From contig CAVUWD010000016.1 in the NCBI GenBank assembly GCA_963745025.1, positions 736,001 to 800,000 of the forward strand: 64,000 nucleotides of DNA, written 5' to 3'. Every line of letters starts with the position of its first letter. The first letter of the stretch is position 1. A program made the translations under genes and the position numbers. The notes beneath the pieces are model-generated. The model saw only the letters and a program-made list of their open reading frames with translations. It made no database searches and was not told the DNA's origin. Positions 58,637-64,000 of the stretch are shown here, piece by piece. This DNA is from an uncultured delta proteobacterium. GTDB lineage: Bacteria; Desulfobacterota; Binatia; JACPRU01.

Positions 58637-58825
58637 GGAGAGAAGTCTATTGGCGGAAACGCGCCTTGCATAGCCCGCCGGTGCCTGACCCCGCGTCCGT
58701 GGCCACGAGAAAACCCCCTTGAGATCGCGGTCGATGCCCTCTCCGACTGGCTCGACGAGCGCTTCCCCTGCTGAACCGGCGCGACTATTCTCGGCCCAAG
58801 GACTTTAAGGACCCGGGGGAGATCC

Positions 58826-59473
58826 ATGGAGCCACTGCAACAGCTCGGTCTGGCGATGGGCACGGCGTGGACGTCAGGAATCAACCTCTACGCCACGGTT
58901 GCCGCCCTCGGTATCGCTCAAGCGTCCGGTCTCGTTCAGCTTCCGCCCGGCCTGGAGGTTCTCGCCAACCCGGCGGTCATCACCATCGCGGTCGTCATGT
59001 ATTTCATCGAGTTCTTCGCCGACAAGGTGCCGTTCGTCGACAGCGGCTGGGACGCCGTGCACACGTTCATCCGTGTTCCCGCGGGCGCGCTGCTCGCGGC
59101 GCGTGCGCTCGGGCCGACCAATCCCGCGCTCGAGGTCGTCGCGGCGCTCGCCGGCGGAAGCGTCGCGCTCGCGGCGCACGGAACCAAAGCCACCGCACGG
59201 CTGGCGATCAATGCCAGCCCCGAGCCCTTCACGAACTGGGCGGCGAGCATCGCCGAGGACATCGTCGCATTCGTGGGTGTCTGGGCCGCCTTCCAGCATC
59301 CCTACGTGATGCTCGTGCTGGTGATCGCGTTCCTCGCGCTGGCGATCTACTTGCTGCCGAAGACCTTCCGCGGATTGCGTACGCTCTTCCGAAAGATCAC
59401 CGGGCGGGACAAGACGGCTACCGGTGACCGGCTACCGGCTACCGGGAAAGACTCTGCTATGCCGTTCGGGTAG
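58826..59473 (+). CDS. DUF4126 family membrane protein
   Basis: SGINLYAT, EFFADKVP..DS.WD..HTFIR, SPEPFTNW..SIAED. Confidence 0.9.
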   Translation: MEPLQQLGLAMGTAWTSGINLYATVAALGIAQASGLVQLPPGLEVLANPAVITIAVVMYFIEFFADKVPFVDSGWDAVHTFIRVPAGALLAARALGPTNPALEVVAALAGGSVALAAHGTKATARLAINASPEPFTNWAASIAEDIVAFVGVWAAFQHPYVMLVLVIAFLALAIYLLPKTFRGLRTLFRKITGRDKTATGDRLPATGKDSAMPFG

Positions 59474-59496
59474 CCGGTAGTCGGTCACCGGTAGCC
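59416..59496. repeat. GCTACCG-heptamer element, copy 6 (overlaps DUF4126 3' end)
   Basis: 30-nt arms ggctaccggtgaccggctaccggctaccgg / cgggtagccggtagtcggtcaccggtagcc; core aaagactctgctatgccgtt. Confidence 0.9.
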
Positions 59497-59698
59497 ATTC
59501 AGGGCCGCATCTTCGGCCCAAGCGAGCCAATCTGCGCATCGTAACGGATCAGCGTGCAGGGTGCTGTCAAGGAGTCCCGTCCGCGGGTGGGGTTTGTGCA
59601 GGGTGCCGGAGCGATCGGCTGGCACGGCGATCCGCCGCGAATGTGACGCCGCGACACGCCGTCTTGCAGCGTGCGCTCCGTACTCGCACAATCGTCGC

Positions 59699-60538
59699 AT
59701 GCTCGTCGAGCCGGTTCCCGCCGCGACCGTCGTCCTGCTGCGCGATTCGTCTCGCGGACCGGTGGTCTTGATGGTCCGTCGGCACGCTCGCGCCGGCGAT
59801 TTCGCCGGCGCGAGCGTGTTTCCCGGAGGGCTCGTCGATCCCGGCGATGCGGATCCCGAGCTGGCACCTGCCGAGAGTAGCTTCTCGGTCGAGAAGGCAC
59901 TCGCCTGCCTCGGAGAAGCGCTGCCCGCAGCCGAGGCACGCGCGCTCTACGTCGCAGCCTGCCGCGAGCTCTTCGAGGAAGCGGGGCTTCTGCTCTCGAG
60001 CCAGGTCACGGACGCCGCCTTCGTTCGGCTCTGCGCGCTGCGATCGGGGCTACAGGCGGGAACCGAGAGCCTGCGGGCGGCGCTCGTGGGTGAAGGATTG
60101 GTGCTCGCGCTCGATCGCCTCCTGCCGTTCGCGCGCTGGATCACGCCGGAGCTCCAGCCGCGTCGCTGGGACACGCGCTTCTTCGTAGCCGAGGCTCCAC
60201 AGGGTCAGGTCGCGCAGTGCGACGGCACCGAGACCAGCGAGGCGGCGTGGCTCCGTCCCGCCGACGCCCTCGAGGCATATCGCGCCGGAAAACACTTGCT
60301 CGCCCCGCCGACGTTTCGAGTGCTCGAGGAGCTCTGCGAGTTCCGAACCCTCGCCGACGCCCTCGAGTCGTTGCGCGCGGCGGGACCACCGCGGCCAATC
60401 CTCCCGGTGACGCTGCATGGCGCTCCCACCCTGACCATGGTCTACCCGGGAGACCGCGACTACCCTCCCGGTAGCGGGGGCAGCGGTTTGAATCGGCTCA
60501 TCCTCGACGGCGGGCGTTGGAGGAGCGAGCGGAGCTGA
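59699..60538 (+). CDS. NUDIX hydrolase (NUDT19-like)
   Basis: AATVVLLR, VFPGG.VD, AACRELFEEAG, RWITP, R.DTRFF, PPT. Confidence 0.9.
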   Translation: MLVEPVPAATVVLLRDSSRGPVVLMVRRHARAGDFAGASVFPGGLVDPGDADPELAPAESSFSVEKALACLGEALPAAEARALYVAACRELFEEAGLLLSSQVTDAAFVRLCALRSGLQAGTESLRAALVGEGLVLALDRLLPFARWITPELQPRRWDTRFFVAEAPQGQVAQCDGTETSEAAWLRPADALEAYRAGKHLLAPPTFRVLEELCEFRTLADALESLRAAGPPRPILPVTLHGAPTLTMVYPGDRDYPPGSGGSGLNRLILDGGRWRSERS

Positions 60539-61169
60539 AGAGCTCGAGCTGCACGGCATGGATTGGCGCCGCGGGAGCTTTCCGCGGGACCTTGGGCGGC
60601 TCACGACGGATCGAGCGGCCGCCGGGAATGTCGGCGCCACTGCGCTCGAGGGAGTGGAGCAGTGACGATTCGCGGGCGTGGAAGCCGAGGGTGTGCAGCG
60701 AATGCGGCAGGTCGAGAAGCGTCATGTCGACGTGGTGGCAAACCTCGTGAAGCAGCGTGCGCAGGAACGTCCGCGGCTTGACCACGCGTCCGTGCGCGGC
60801 CGTGAACATCCACACCTTGATCTGCGATTCGCCGCCGTCGAGGCGAGTATACAGTCCGTGGAATTCGCTTTTCGCCACGCGCGGCCGTATGCGGAGCACC
60901 TTGACTCGCGGAGCGCGGGGCACACGGCGCGGGCTTTGCGCCGAAAGCCGCGCGCAGATCTCGTCGACCAAACGCTGCGCTGCCCTGCGGGTCCTCGCCG
61001 GCGACTCGCTGGCGATTGCCGCCACAAGCTCTTCGGCCGCCGCGCCGAGCACCGGCGCCGGCAGGAGCGGCAGGCCCCGGCGCTCATCCGAGCGATCGTA
61101 CTCGCGCTTTTGCTCCGCGCTCAGTCGGCGGTAGAAGTGCAAACGGCGCTGCGGCTCTTGCGGCTTCAC
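60498..61169 (-). CDS. Hypothetical HExxH (SprT-like) protein
   Basis: EFHGLY, FLRTLLHEVCHHVD...S.HT.GF. Confidence 0.75.
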   Translation of the reverse strand: MKPQEPQRRLHFYRRLSAEQKREYDRSDERRGLPLLPAPVLGAAAEELVAAIASESPARTRRAAQRLVDEICARLSAQSPRRVPRAPRVKVLRIRPRVAKSEFHGLYTRLDGGESQIKVWMFTAAHGRVVKPRTFLRTLLHEVCHHVDMTLLDLPHSLHTLGFHARESSLLHSLERSGADIPGGRSIRREPPKVPRKAPAAPIHAVQLELFSSARSSNARRRG

Positions 61170-61924
61170 GACTCGTCCGCCGCGCAGGGTCCCGCGTAGG
61201 TCACGCGCATCAGGCAAAGCCCTTGGGGGGGCGCGGTCGGTCCCGCCCGGGTACGGTCTCGTTCCACGAGCAAGGCCTGAAAATCCTCGACCGAGCGCTC
61301 GTGACGACCCACTTCGACGAGCGTGCCAACGATCGTCCGCACCATGTGGCGAAGAAACGCGGTCGCAGTCACGCGGTAGACGATCTCACCGTCGTCGTCT
61401 CCGAGGTCGCTCTCGAGCACCCGCCGGATGGGGTTCTCCGCGTCACAGTCGGATGCCTGAAACGAGGAGAAATCGTGCTCGCCGACGAGCATCCTGGCTG
61501 TATGGCACATCGCCGCGACGTCGAGCGGCGTGTGTACGTGCCACGCATAGCGGGCGCTGAACGGAGACGGCCACGGAGCGTTGTGAATGCGATACTCGTA
61601 GCTCCGGCTCCGCGCGTCACGCCGCGGATCGAAATCGTCGGCGGCGCGGCGAAGATCGCGCACCACGATTCCACGCCCGCAGAGCGCGTTGACACCGCGG
61701 TGAAGCGAGGATAGCTCGATCGAGCGCTCCGTCGAAAAAGCGGCGACCTGCCCCCGGGCATGCACACCTGCATCCGTACGTCCTGCGGCTTCGAGCCGTA
61801 CGGCTTCGCCGAGGATCGTCGACAGCGCCTTCTCGAGCGCCCCCTGAACCGTCGGCCGGTCGGGCTGGATTTGCCAGCCGAAGTAGTCCGTGCCGTCGTA
61901 CTCCACGACCATCGCCAGGCGCAT
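61166..61924 (-). CDS. truA: tRNA pseudouridine(38-40) synthase
   Basis: YDGT...GWQ.Q, AGRTDAGVHA.GQ, HDFSSF, FLRHMVR, APPQGL.L. Confidence 0.97.
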   Translation of the reverse strand: MRLAMVVEYDGTDYFGWQIQPDRPTVQGALEKALSTILGEAVRLEAAGRTDAGVHARGQVAAFSTERSIELSSLHRGVNALCGRGIVVRDLRRAADDFDPRRDARSRSYEYRIHNAPWPSPFSARYAWHVHTPLDVAAMCHTARMLVGEHDFSSFQASDCDAENPIRRVLESDLGDDDGEIVYRVTATAFLRHMVRTIVGTLVEVGRHERSVEDFQALLVERDRTRAGPTAPPQGLCLMRVTYAGPCAADES

Positions 61925-61938
61925 GTCGATCGGCGGCG

Positions 61939-62969
61939 TCAGCCACCGGGCGCTTTTGCCGGTGCCGGACCCCTACTCCTCAGCAAGAGACCCTCGACGA
62001 GTGCCACTGCTGCGAGCGCCCCTCCTTGCCGTACGTTGTCGCCCAGGAGCCAGAGATGGAGCCACTTCGGATCGCAGGCTTCCTGCCGCAAGCCAACGAC
62101 GAGAATTCCGTCCGTGTCCAGCGCATCCAAGGTGGTGAGTCGCTCGCTGCCACCGTCCGCAACCACTAAGGATGGCGTCTCGCGAAGGATCGAGCGCGCC
62201 TGATCGCCGAGCGCCGGCGACTGGAACTCGACCGACAGCGAAGCCGCCTGTCCGAAGAACATCGGCACCTCGACGACGTTGGCCGCGACCGGCGCGACGG
62301 CGCCGATCAACTGCGAGATCTCGGCACCGACCCGGCGAGACGTGCTTGCCGAATCGGAAGAGACGTCTGGCGCGCAGCGAAACGCCAGCTCCGGGAGAGA
62401 TGCGTCGCTCTCCGGCTCGCGCAGATTCAGCAGGGCGAGCGTCTCCTCGCTCAGACGCTCGACGCGCTTTCGTCCGAAGGCCGACGCGGAAACCAGAAAC
62501 GTGGCGATGGCACGCTCGATCCTTCCGAGCGGCGCGAGCGCACGCAGGGGCACGGCCACGAGCCGCGACAGGGGATCCGGCACGCGCACGCGAAGACCGC
62601 CGCTCGCTTGCCAAGCCGTCGGCGCGAGGTCGCCCACACCCAGCACGACCGGCACCCCGGCGTCACCTGTCGATTCCGGCGCCAGATCGATCGCCACCGC
62701 ACCCTCGGCTGCCAGCCGAGAGCCGACCTTCCGGCTGATCTCGGGCGTGGCGCAGAGAAACACGACGTCCACCTTCGGCGGCGCCTCGGGAAACCGCTCG
62801 ACTCGCCTGACTTCGCCGCGAAAGTCGACCTCTGAGCCCTCGGAATCCTCCGCGGCGTACAGCAGAAGATCGGCTACCGGGAAGCCGCGTTCGTCGAGCA
62901 GCGCTACGATCTCGCTGCCGACGAGTCCCGTGGCGCCGACCACCGCGACCCGGAATGCTCGCCCGTCGC

Positions 62970-62973
<4 letters not shown>
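61939..62973 (-). CDS. Asd/Usg-like protein lacking catalytic residues
   Basis: [31 protein letters not shown]; NPNC replaced by VPDP. Confidence 0.85.

Positions 62974-64000
<1,027 letters not shown>

Noticed and set aside
59619-59640. Sigma54 promoter-like TGGCACG
   Set aside because: GG-to-GC spacing is off by one and there is no TTGC.

Overview
High-GC bacterial chromosome segment. Gene order and two small-protein families suggest Binatia/Deltaproteobacteria-like affinity (inference). It is mostly housekeeping, mainly on the minus strand: dnaE-guaA-guaB; a split-ArnA/ArnC/ArnD aminoarabinose-type cluster; ampG-der-era; a MacAB-like ABC exporter; pepN; the conserved run tilS-ftsH-folP-cdaA-cdaR-glmM-pdxJ-nnr-tsaE-lysC-cimA-cysE-mnmA-rnc; an acyl-CoA catabolic cluster (CoA transferase, LLM oxidoreductase, thiolase-like/DUF35/MaoC); mlaFEDAC; and leuB-asd-like-truA. 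Many essential genes carry indels, best explained as read or assembly errors. The main accessory region (about 40.1-47.3 kb) is a tRNA-Met(CAT) locus hit by two decayed tyrosine-integrase elements. One duplicates the tRNA 5' half and the other the 3' half, so the only intact tRNA here appears assembled from element-derived halves, with integrase remnants converging on it. Other notable signals are a candidate leader-peptide/terminator attenuator upstream of guaB, a dispersed GCTACCG-heptamer hairpin repeat family with a conserved core, a micro-inverted terminase fragment, and a catalytically degenerate Asd homologue. All calls come from reading the sequence by eye; no searches were run.
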